A DNA stretch of 64,000 bases. Source: Moniliella sp. 'wahieum' (Eukaryota). The position numbers and the translations under genes are program-made. How positions within the stretch are numbered: the stretch's first letter is position 1; each line of letters begins with the position of its first letter. The notes beneath the pieces are model-generated. The model was given only the letters and a program-made list of their open reading frames with translations, was not told the DNA's origin and did not search any database. This document shows positions 23,343-34,951 of the stretch, in pieces. The stretch covers positions 992,001 through 1,056,000 of the forward strand of contig RSEE01000009.1 of NCBI GenBank assembly GCA_003971905.1. Reading direction: 5' to 3'.

Positions 23343-26044
23343 TCAAGGAAATGTGGCGAGGGAACGGAACGGGTTATGCTGCCGCTGTGGCAGGGGCCGA
23401 GGTACCTGGCGCAACGGCGGGTGCAGAAACTGAGACGGTGGAATGACAATGCAAGCGCGCTTGGAAGCAGGAGGTGCGTCCAATGTGGATGTGGGGTAGA
23501 TTGATGTGGGTGGACCTTGGTTGGGGGGGAGAGATGAGGAGGGCAGAGAGCTAAGGCCGGCAAAAGTGTACGTTGTTTGGCCTGCTTTCCCTCCGCCTTC
23601 GTAGGGCTCGTCAGACCTCTTGTGTTTCTGAGAAGACCGTTCTTCTCCAGAGCGAAGAAGCATGGGTGCCTGAGGCACCTCTTCCGGCGGATCCGGGAAC
23701 TCCTCGTCCTCTCTGTTACCCGGTGTCCTGGGATGAGGAAAGTCGGATAAATTGGGACAGAGAACTGATGTACCTGGGGATGGCATCTTCTGCCCTGACC
23801 GTGGAGGTGCACTTGGCAGGAGGGACGAGTCCACTGGAACAGGCGAAAGGGCGGAACACATTTTGGTCGTCCGTGGTGTCTGTGGATGGTCCGTATCCGG
23901 TTCGACAGAAACCTCCTCCGGTCCGCCGGTAGTGTTGACCGGGGTGGCCAATGCCGACATGATGGTGAGTTCTGGTAACGGAGATGGGTTCAGCTCGGGT
24001 TGCTTCGGTAGTTCGGTACATGCTTGTACCACGGTATCTGGTGACACTGAGTCCTCTTCATCGTCCCCAGTCATCAGTAAATCAAAGTCGAAAATATCGT
24101 CTCCTTCACATGAACAGATCCCGGCCCCGTTCCAGGCCGACTGGGCACCGCAAAATCCACAAACTGTGCCTGGACTGCCCGATGGGACAGTGTCAGCTGG
24201 ATGATTCGGAGTCGAGACGGCGGATTTGGAATCGGGGTAAGTTCCGGCAAAAAGGGGGGCGCATGGCTTGGAAAGTCCGGGTCCCGTTGCCGAGAAAGGG
24301 AAGCTGGGAATACTATTCCGACCCACTACAATAGGCGATTGCATCAGTCCCACCCCGCTCGGTCCTGGGCCCATTGACACTGCCCGCGCCGGAACGGGCG
24401 CATAGGCCGGAGATGATACCACGTTGTCGCTCCGTACGCAGCCGGGAGAGGCAGAAAGAGTGCATCTGCCCGGTGCGGCAAACGTCATAGCACGCCTCCA
24501 CGGACCATGAGACGGTCGTCGTGCCTAGAGTCGGACGGTCCATATTCGTCTTTGCTACCACTGCCGAGATCGGAGGGCAGGCGACTCTCGTTCCGCCCGT
24601 TATTACTGAGGCCAGGCGGGTTGGCAAGGCCCGGCGCGGGAGCATGCGCTAGCCAGGGCGGCAGAGGCAGGCCAGCGGCATGAGCAGACACAGCCATGAC
24701 ATACATAGACGCTGCGGTCCCAGGCAGGCCCATCGAAAGGGAAGTAAGGGGCGGTAAGGCCAAGGGTCCGAGCGGATGCGAACAAGAGAAATCAGGAGGC
24801 ATGACGAATGAAGGGAACCCCTGTCCGATCGACGGCGGAGATGCTTGCCCTTTTCCCCACCGGAAACGAGGGTTGTGACCGACGTATTAGGAGACGAGCT
24901 GCTACGAGCTCGATCCGAGCTGTTCGGATCACATGGGCTCTTGTTTCCGCCTGCTGGAGGCGACCCTTCTTCCTCCTTAATCCAGGCCGAATGAGGGGGG
25001 AAATTGGCTAGGCAAGGTACGCCACCACCTCCCGGGGCCAAGCCCAGTCCTACCAGGGGCAACGAAGCCAGTCCACCCAGACCGAGAGGCAGCATTCCAG
25101 GCGGAGGAGCCATGGCCGCATTCCATCCCGCGGCGGCAGCAGCAGCTGCCGCCGAAGCAGCCATAGCATTATTGGGGACTCCTACCTCTGTAGGCATGGA
25201 GGCAGATCTTCCACTTGTGACCGTTTCATTGACCGAGGCAGCAGGAGTTGTGGGAGATTGGGCCGAGGAGGGGTAAGTTGGGAGATCCATTGACTTGTGA
25301 TGAAATGGGCTCCGTTCCTGAGCCGGCCGTTTGACAAGGGGAGAAGGGAAGAGTGTCACGAGGGGCGAATTCGTGGCCCAGGGGGGACGTAGAAGAGGGA
25401 GAACCAGGGTCCGAAAGAGGAGCTGCAGTACCTGCTGAGGGTGAGAGGACAGTGTCGGTGGGTGTCAGGCCAGGCGAAGGCGAAGAGGGATTGGGAAGGT
25501 TATGAATCCCACGTATGGTATCGTTGTCTTCCTTGAGACGGCCATTGTCGGCGATAAGATTATCAATGTGGGCACGGAGCACGACAAACTGAGCCTCGTA
25601 TGTCTTGACCTGCGTTTCGAGTTGGCGGAGATGAGCTTGCTGGCGCTCACGATAGGCGCGCTGCGATGCCCTGTTCTGAGCCGCACGCTTCGTCGGCACA
25701 TCCTCCACACGCTTCCGACCAGGTTTGTTGCGCCGCTTGGCGGCTGGGGCGGCTGGGGTGCTGCCTGCGCCAGCCGCGCCCGCGCTGCTGCCAATGCCAA
25801 ATACTGCGCCACTGACGAGCAGTGGCGGAGATGCGGCGCCAGGTGGAGCCGCGGCGCCAAAACAGGCGACGGGCGCAGCAGCAGCACCGTTGGGCTGGGA
25901 TTGGGACATTGGCATTGGCAGTGGCGATGCATCCGCGGGGCGAGCACTGAGGCCGGGTGGAGGTGTGAGAGGAGAAGAGGCGGAGGGGGCGTTGGGGCAT
26001 ACGCAGCATGGAGCACGGGTGAACCCGCTCGCTGCGCTGGACAT
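23343..26044 (-). CDS. AP-1-type bZIP transcription factor with Cys-rich C-terminal motif (Yap5/HapX-like)
   Basis: Basic region KPGRKR..TKRAAQNRASQRAYRERQ plus leucine zipper. Downstream frames (24649..25359, 24485..24802, 23343..24488) continue the coding sequence and include CGFC-x11-CSC. Several frameshifts; 3' end uncertain. Confidence 0.8.
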
Positions 26045-28680
26045 GGCAGCAGAGCGGGGCAGGGCGCCACAGGGCAGAGCAGAGCTCGGCAAGCGCAGTG
26101 GAGGGGAGGTGTGTTGCTGCAGCCAATGGGATGGTGGAGCTGGAAGCTGGACCGTGGGCGGCGTTGCACGTTGACGTTGACGGGAGGGAGGAGCTGAGCC
26201 TCGGCGAGGTTACAGTTAGCGTTAGCGGATAGGCACGCAGGCGACTTTCGTATAGGCGTGTCTTTTTTTTCGTGCAGCAGGCTGCTGCGCTCAAGCCATG
26301 AGGCTCTCTCAGGCGTCGCAGCAACCCGGCCAAGGGACCGAGCGGATCTGAAAACGACGAATTGATTGTCCGCATGATGTGTGATGTGTGGTGTGTGACA
26401 TGTGATGCATGGCCGCAACCCCTTGCGCACTGCGCCCGTCTCGGCTGGCGGTGGCCAGAGCGGGCAGCCACCGCGTGCGGGCGCAGACATGTCCTGCAGG
26501 CCACAGCGCACCCTGGGCGACCCACGCACACCACAGCTATATCCCGCCTCTCGCCTCCGCACCCGCTCAGATCCCAACCCTCCGGCCTCAGTGCCGCAGT
26601 GTGCCTGTGCCTGTGCGTGGGCGTGCCGTGGCGCACAGGGCAACGTGGCAGCGCTTGCGGCTCGCGCCCCTGGACCGCCCCCGTGCTGCCGCCACTCGGC
26701 AAGCCAGACTGAGGCTCAGGCTCAGCGCTGGCGCTCAGCCGCTCAGCAGCACGCTGCGTCCCGCGGCCTGGCCGGCTTTTTGCATCGAGCATCCCCAATC
26801 TTTTTTTTCCCTTGCCGGCACACGGCTGCCCCAGTGCGCCGCCAATGCCGCCGGCTGCAACCAATTCACAGCGCAGTCCGTGCGAGACTTCCCCCAGCCT
26901 CCCCCCGCTCCCGCCCCCGACTTGCCCCGACCAGGGGATATACCCCAGATCAGTTGCATAGGATATCCCACCACCGCTTCCGGGTACCAGTTGCCGGTGC
27001 CCGGCTCTTCCTGTCTTTCCCCTTTTGCCGCCTCTCGGACCCTCCTCAGCCGGCCTCTGACCCGGTATCTATCACTTCTTACTGCTTTTCTGCATCACAC
27101 CATCACGATCAACATGGACGGAGACAAACAGGCAAAAGCATCAACGATCCAGGGCGTCTGTCCCTTTTCGTCTTGGCAACTATACCAATGCATTACAGAC
27201 CCGAGGGGTGGTTGCTGGTTAGGCTTAGGCAAGTCTGCAAAATATACGTCGGGGGCCACCAAAGAGTGCCCACATCGAAAGGCTGTTGTGTAGGAAACAA
27301 CCAAAAGCCACCCTCTCCATGCTTCCACAGAAGTGTGTCAAGTCACAAAGGAGAAAAAGTCATTAATCATTTGGCAACGGGCATATTATTTGTGTTGCAG
27401 TCTCTCTCGCTCCTTGGTTGCCGGTCCAACCCGGAAGGCAGGAAATAGGGTCCTCCCCCGCACTCCGACACTTCAAACTTCAAGCATCCCTTGAGCGCTT
27501 GAGCTTCACCTGCTTCAGCCCATCGAGCTTCACCCGCTTTTCACCCGCCACCCATACATGCAAAAACAGACATTCTGAGATCTCACAATTGAAATCATTG
27601 AGTCGAGAGGAAGCCACACATTTGTGGGTGCCTCTTACGCGTTGGACTTCTCCGTGGCCCAGACGGCCTCTTCCGCGGCACACATGCACATGTGCTGCGT
27701 TCCATGCCCGTCTGCGCCATGCGGCATGACACAAATCGCCACTCAAAACAAGTGGGACGGAGAAGCTTTGAGCTTTGGTGGCCATCGATTCATCGATTGC
27801 TTCAGAGTGCACGCGTTCTCCCTGTGCTTATGCCGGTGAAGTTGTTGTTGTCAATCGATCGATGTAACAAGCCTGACAGTGGGCGGGAGCGCGGGAGCGT
27901 GTGAAGCGAAGAATCGAGCGGAGATAGGGAGGCTGGATGCCCGCCGGCATCGACCATGGTGCATGGGAGGAGAGGCCGGAGGGCCGGCGCACGGAGCGGA
28001 AACAAAGAGGTGCCGCCCAGGAAGAGCCGATATCACCCCATATCACATGCCGTAACAGGTCGCGGGCCGTATTGCATCACCAATGGGTCACGCCCTGTCA
28101 CGCCTCTGTCACCCCCTGGGGGCAGAAGCCGGCAGAGGCGGACGCCAATTGAAATTTTGGAGAGTGGAATTGACCGAGTACCACTGTACTCGAGACGGGC
28201 GGCGTACGGGCATGTCGGCTGCGTCGAGCATTGCGTCATTGGCGGAGGAATCTGGAAACGTTCGGGTGTGCGTGACAGGTGATCGGCGGGTATTGTCTGA
28301 TGCAGAGAAGGCCGCCGGCGACCTACACTGGATCTAGTTCACCCGATGTCTTGAGTGCTGCCGTGCCCGCTGCGGGACCGAGCGCTTCCGGCTTGCTGCG
28401 CCAGCTGGGGGCGGTCGAGGCCCACAGCCACACCAACCGATGGCCAAGGTGCGTCGTCGATGCGTTGAAGTGACGAGCGGGTGACTTGGCCAGCGCTGGC
28501 TGCTTCTGCTTTTGATTGCGAAGCGCCAAGCGCCAAGCCTGCCTCCCATCCCATCCCCTCCAACCTCCCGCACGCCACATCTCCCCCTTGCCTTTGTCCT
28601 GCCCGCCGTTATCGCCTGTCATCGCCTCTGCTCCCTCCGCAGCCATTCATCTCCCGCATTCTTGGTACATTCGTCGCATC

Positions 28681-29175
28681 ATGGCCACTGGCGCCCACTC
28701 GTCACGTTTCCAAGCTTTCCTCAACCATCCCGCCGGGCCCAAGACCGTGTTCTTCTGGGCCCCGCTCTTCAAATGGGCCCTCGTTGTGGCAGGGATCCAA
28801 GATCTCTCCCGTCCGGCAGAGAAGCTGTCCGTCAGCCAGAATGCCGCCCTGGCCGCCACAGGGTTGATCTGGGTTCGGTACGTGAATTAGCCCCATCCTC
28901 GGCCGCCTCGCCCGTCTGCCTTTTCCCATCTGCCTTTGCCCACCTGCCTTTTCCCGTCTGTCTTTTCCCGTTTTCTCAAGTCAACTGACCTGGATGAGGA
29001 ACGCAGATACTCTCTGATTATTACACCTGTTAACTACTCTCTGGCTGCCGTCAACCTATTTGTGGGTGCTACAGGGCTGGCTCAACTGTCCCGGATCTAT
29101 GACTACCGCCGGAAGCACCCCGTCCAAGCCGCCCTTGCCGACAAGGAGGACAGCCCGCCAAGTGATTCTCCCTGA
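28681..29175 (+). CDS. MPC2: Mitochondrial pyruvate carrier subunit 2
   Basis: HPAGPKTVFFWAP..KW.LV.AGI.DLSRPAEKLS..Q..AL.ATGLIWVR, intron 28878-29006, then YSLIITPVNYSLAAVNLFVG. Confidence 0.95.
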
Positions 29176-29512
29176 TGAGGCCTGTCGTTGCATGGGCATC
29201 ACTTGCTCTCCCGGACGATTCCATGTGCATCCCCCCTTTGCCTTTGGATTGGCTCCATTCGCTCTTCACACCTGGGCCTATCCGGTGCCCCCCCCCCCCC
29301 CCCTTCCGCTATGGAATCATCTTGTCTATTCGTCCAAACCGCTTTGTTCAGTGCTTTACGAGCAGGATGCTGTTGCAGATGATTATCGCGATAGGGCCAT
29401 GAACTGCATACAATGTGCTCAACGGACGAAAGGGAAATGCCGAAGAAAAGACAGAAGACTGCCACTGAGAAGCGATCACATGGGCAAAACGAGGCGCTAG
29501 GCCTGAGGGGGG

Positions 29513-31669
29513 TTAATCATCTTCCTCCCCTTCTCCTTCATCAGAATCCTCGATAGAAACCAACACCCATTCACCCTCAACATCCCATCGACTGCCTCCA
29601 GCCGAGGCCGACAGGTACTGGATGAAGTGCATCACGCCCCATCGCGAAGAACAATGTTGAGTGAGTTGAACTGAGGCGTGAGGCTGAGCAGCACACCATC
29701 AAACTCCTCGTCGTCTTCGTCCTCGTCCTCGTCCTCGTCCTCATCTTCCTCGTCATCTTCCGCATTCGTGTTTTCAGCCTGGGCTTCGTCGGCCACACCC
29801 GCACCCGCCTTCTTGTTTCCACTTCCGTACACGGCTGGGTCATCCTCCTCCTCAGCAGGGGCCATAAAGCATTCCCATCCACCCACAACGCCTGTCTCCC
29901 ACTTGGTCCGCAATTCCTTGATCTGTTTGGCGGAAAGCGAGCCAGATGGAGTAGCCGCCTTGGCCTTTTTGGCCGCCAATCCCTGTTTCTTCTTCGAAGG
30001 CCCTCCACCAACAAGCGAGTCAGCGACATTGGGAGTCAAGCCCAAGTTGACTTGCAGCACAGCCTCCTCTTCGTCCTTCTTGGCCAACGTGTAGTCCAAG
30101 CCGGGGCGGAAACGACGAGCCCAAAGCGGATAACGGGCCGCCAAAGGAATCAGTTGGGTCAAATTGGCCAACAAGGCTCGGAAAGCCGGGGAGGGGAACA
30201 AGACCCCACGCACCAACGCGATCACCTCCTCGGCTGTCTGGGGCAACTGGGCAGGCAAAGGTGGGTTTTCTCCCGCCAGCGTTTCGGGAACTTGTGAGGC
30301 ACCCTGGTCGGCCTTGGTGACCAGCGACAAGAAACGGTGGTGGTGCGGAGGGCCCTCGATCGTCCACTCGTCCGAAGTGCCCTCAGCCTTGCCAGTACCA
30401 GTCAGATGAGGCTGAATAGTGCATGCCTCGCGCAACTCTTGCCCCGTCTTGGTTGCACCAGCGGGCTTGTTGTCAAACCAACGGAAGCCATCGCGGCGGT
30501 CGAGCTCGACGAGACCTTTGGACAGAATCTTGGCCAACTCGGGACGCAAAAATTCAGCCAGGAGCAAATTGCTCTCGTCGCCAAACTGATCAAACAGCTT
30601 GCTTTGCACCTTGGGGTTAAGATAGGCCTGATTGATAAAGTAGGTGAGGAACTTGCGGTCCGCATACGATAATTGCGCCCCGGGGACAACAGTGCTTGTC
30701 ATCTCCACCTCCTCTGCACCAGCATCCTCCTGGGCCTTGGCGGGAGCAGCGTCGGGATAAGGCACAAAGGGACGGGTACGTTTTTGGCTCACCAGGCTCT
30801 CGGCCGACGAGTACTCTTTGCGCGCTTGTTCTTCTTGCGCTTCGACCTCCGCCGAGAACCCCTCCTCATCCGGCAGGGGGCGATGGAACCAACCAGAGAT
30901 ACTGAGCCGCGACACTTGCGGGTGCACCACCTCCTCCACCGAATGAAAGGAGTAGCCCGGAATAACCGGGAAAAAGGCAAATTGGTTCCAGAGCGGCGGG
31001 TGGACCGCGGTCGGCACAGCTTCGGGCTCATGTGCCACACTGACCGGGTACAGCTCCAGAGCACCGCCGTACTCTGGCTTCCATTCCCGGTCTGGCAAGT
31101 AGAGGATGAAGGAGACACGCCGGGTCGAGATCACGTCGCTAATACGAGCACAGCCTAGTCAGTACTCAGTACAGCCGTACAGCCCGCCCGAGAGGGGTCC
31201 AAGAGAAGGAGGACATACTCGTGATTCAAAAGGTGGCATCCATCACGGTAGTCGTTGATGCTCATGTCCTTCTTTTTTTCAGACAGAGGCCCGCACCCAG
31301 TGACACGCTGGATGAAGGAGCGGAACTCCTTGGAGAAGAGGCATCGCGCACCTGGAACACACTCTTCAAGCGTTCTTGTTCCGCGACAGGGAGGCCATCC
31401 AAGTTGGCCAGGTCACCCGTTTGGTTCACCTTGTAAATGTCGGTCTCCTTCTCAGTGAAGGAGAGTTCCTTGACAATCTCGTCCCGCGCCGCTCGCAGTA
31501 GAGCGTCGTTGAGGAGCGGGCGGACAACACTGTGCTTGTAAGGACCACTGGTAGCGCAGCCGGCTACGTGGCCTTGGGAAAGCTCGCTGTCCGCCTTGAA
31601 CAGATCGGGCGAGGAGAAGCAGGCAACCACTTCGGGGCGAGGCACGAAGGATGTGGAGTTGCCAGACAT
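29513..31669 (-). CDS. TPA1: Prolyl 3,4-dihydroxylase Tpa1/Ofd1 (2OG-Fe(II) oxygenase)
   Basis: [39 protein letters not shown] with the HxD motif split by intron 31139-31218. [25 protein letters not shown]-terminal [24 protein letters not shown]. Confidence 0.93.
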
Positions 31670-32326
31670 GGCGCGAGCGTGGTGGCGGAGGCCAGCCAGG
31701 CTTGGGGCCAATTTTTTTCTGTTCTCCGTTTCGCCAGATGCGGTGGCCGGGGGGTGATCGTCATTGCGCATGACGCATGACGCGCCTGGGGCTTGCAGCT
31801 TGCACCGGGCGTGGGCCTGCCAGCGCCGGGGGACATGCCAAATGAAAGTTGCAGATGCCCTTGCTCGCTTGCCGTTTCAAATTGCACATTGCAACAATGC
31901 ACCCCTGCATCAGCGCCCAACCTGGGCACACGTCCCCTGTGCGGTGCCCCAGCCGAAATAGGCCAACCAGGATGGTCGATGCACTGACTAGCCCGATTCG
32001 ATCACCTACCATATAGCACACCTCACCACCATGCATCACACATCATGCATCATGCATCATGCATCATGCCCCAGCTGCATCAGATCATCAGACCCGGTGA
32101 TTGAGTGACCGGCCGTGTCACCCACCGGTCAGGTGACCGGCCGCGGGGACAGTGGCTAGTGACTAGTGACGCGTGACGCACAGGCGCTCCGCCGCCCAGG
32201 CTGCAGGATGTCCGTGCCCCCACTCACATCGCAGCGGAGCCCCCACATCCACTCCCTTCTCGCCACCACTGTCGTAGCAACCAGCGTTCTGCCCGAGGCG
32301 CATCCATCCCACCATTTTCCATTACA

Positions 32327-33547
32327 ATGGAAGTGCTTCCCAAGGTTGGTGGCTCTTCCTTCTTAAACTCGCCTGCAGGACCAAATCCAGGTCTTGCCGA
32401 CTCGCTGGACCCCACTGCCGACGGCCATGATGACGTGGGCAACATGGCCAACGCATCAACCTCTGTGACCCCCCCCACCGCATCCCATGATGGTACGCCT
32501 GATGCGGATGATTCGCAGTCTTTTCACTCTGTTTCCGAAAGCCAAGAGGTCGATTCGGAGGCCGAAGCCGAAGCTGCGGCCGAGCGCGCCAAGAAGGAAA
32601 AAGAAGAGGAGGAGTTTTTGCGCCAACAGCAAGAAGATGTCATCTGCCGCATTTGTTTTGAAGGCCCGGGCTCAGTGATGACGATGGGAAAGATCTGGGT
32701 CGCTTGCTCAAACCGTGCAAGTGCAAGGGGACCATGCGTTACATTCACTCCAGCTGTCTGGATGCCTGGCGGAAACACAGCCGCAATTCGAATAGTGCTG
32801 TTGCCTGTGACCAATGCGGGGCGCCATACCGTTTCCGTCGCTCTCGCTTTGTCGGGATGGCCAATAGCCGCGTCCTGATATTCGTCATTTCGGTCCTCAC
32901 CTTCATTTTGTTGGTCTGGCTGGTGGGCTGGTTGACGATTGGAGCGCGAACTTACAACTTGGCTTGAGCTCTTGGATTTGGAAGTTCGGGCCCGTGGATT
33001 GGATTACGCTCACATATGGTGACTGGGATGACGATGACGACTACTACGGTTATGGCTACCGTTACGAGGCTCCAGATATGGACGACGATGAAGAAGGTTT
33101 TGCCTGGGACGACTTGGGCTTTTTCGGACGTACTTTAGCCCAGATGGCCCTCGGTTCGGGCGTGGTCGGTCTACTCAGTGCATTTGCCTCTTTCGGGCTT
33201 GCACTTAACCCGATTGGAATGGGTCGCTTTGCCCGGGGTGGTCTGCGAGACGGGGGACTGGGTAGAGGGACACGAATTTTCCGAGGACGATCCGGTGGCA
33301 AACGCGACGCTGTGGCCATCACAATGTTGATTGTGTTGTTGTTATGGTTTTGGCAGGAAGTGCCCGCGCCTTGTACTCGACCTACAAGATGGTTCGCCGG
33401 TTGGCCCGCCGTATGCTAGCCTACGCAGAAGACAACATTGTTGACTGGTATGGCGACGACGAACAACCCCCCAGGGAAGATGAGGCACCAGATGTGAATC
33501 CGGATCCTGTCGTGGATCAGCCTCATCCTCTTCCGGGCGCACTTTGA
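32327..33547 (+). CDS. RING-CH (RINGv/MARCH-type) membrane E3 ubiquitin ligase
   Basis: CRICFEG..LLKPCKCKGTMRYIHSSCLDAW..CDQC (C4HC3) followed by TM helices. Frameshifts near 32670, 32960 and 33340. Confidence 0.88.
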
Positions 33548-34101
33548 TCTATCTCACGGCCAATGATCGGGAGGTGTTTTTGCCCTGCCCAGCAACGTTG
33601 GTGAATAGGGTTGAGGCTGAAGTCCACCGCCTAGACCATCCATGGTGCAATAGGCTCGCCTTGAAGCTTGAGCTGGTTGCTATTCGGATCTCTGTGGCGG
33701 CTGCTCGTTTTGTATTTCTGTTTTCCCCTTGTTGTCTTCTGGGCCAATTGAGTCCATTCTTTTTGCCCCCCCACTTGTACCAGCTGCTGACTTTGCATCG
33801 CCATACGACAACCACCTTGTGGAACGAAGAAACGACATTAATGCTGTCCCGTAGCAATGTGCATCCCCCGTAGAAGATGGGCTACGTCTTGCGGCTTCGT
33901 TCCATTGCCCGCAGAGAGGCCCGGCTGTCGCAAACCATGGGAAATCCGGGTCCCCTGCCCCAGGTCTTGGTGTTTCAGGCCGCAGAGAGACAACGTGGAA
34001 GATTACCTAACGCAGTGGTGCCACCTGGATGGCAACTTGGGCACGTCGCTCTCTCTGTGCCCACCTATCCACACCACCCTGCCCCAACGCACATCACCAC
34101 C

Positions 34102-34951
34102 ATGTCCGTCACTTACTTTGACGGCCTTAAGAAGGCACGTGTTTCCCATCCTCCACAAATGCAGGTCTGCGATCTAACTGGTTTCTGCGCTTTAACAGTC
34201 TTTTGCGGATGTTCCCACACCCCTGGCGTCGACACGTCCGCCTTTTTGGAAGCGTCCGAAGGCCTGGTCGCCCTTTTCGACCTCCTGGGTTCCTCGGCCT
34301 TCTCTATGGTGCAAAGTGACATGAACGGGAACATCACCGTATGTACATTGTCCCCCCTCTCCTGTTCCCGTCACCAAGCTAACTGGACCACGACCGTGCA
34401 GAAAATTCGCACTCGTCTGCTTGCTGCCCCAGACCAATCCGCCGCCACGTTGGAGTCGCTCTTGCAGAACGAAGGAAAGGCCGGCGAGTCAGGAGTAAGC
34501 GTCCTGCATCGCAAGGTCTGCTTTGGCTCCTACGGTGCGTAGTGTCGATCCAGTGCTTGTTGCCGATGTACTGACCTGCACTGCGTTTAGTGGGCTCGAG
34601 TTCACTGCAGCCGCGCTGCGCCGTTCGCTGGATAACGCTGGTGAGGAATGAGTGTGAGTTTTACCAAGGCGTACGAGGCCACTCTGCGGCAGTACCACTC
34701 GTTTGTTGTCCGCCCCGTCTTTAGTCTGGCCATGAAGGCGTGTCCCTACCGGGCCGACTTTTACGCCAAGCTCGGCTCCCCCCAGGAAAAGGTCCACGAG
34801 CAGCTCTCTGCTTGGCTCCAGGGCCTGGAGGTGATCGTCGCCCCTCAAGCAATTCTTTCAGTATGTTGATTGGCTCTCTTTGGTTTTCATGTACACGGCG
34901 GGCTGACTTGTCATTCTCTGCAGGGCTGGCAACTGGGCAAAGGGGTTCTAA
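34102..34951 (+). CDS. het-c2: Glycolipid transfer protein (GLTP / HET-C2 family)
   Basis: TYFDGLKK|SFADVP, FDLLGSSAFSMVQSDMNGNI, GLLWLLRGLEF, AYEATLRQYHSFVVRPVFSLAMKACPYRADFY. Introns 34135-34198, 34339-34401, 34535-34590 and 34861-34923. Confidence 0.92.
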
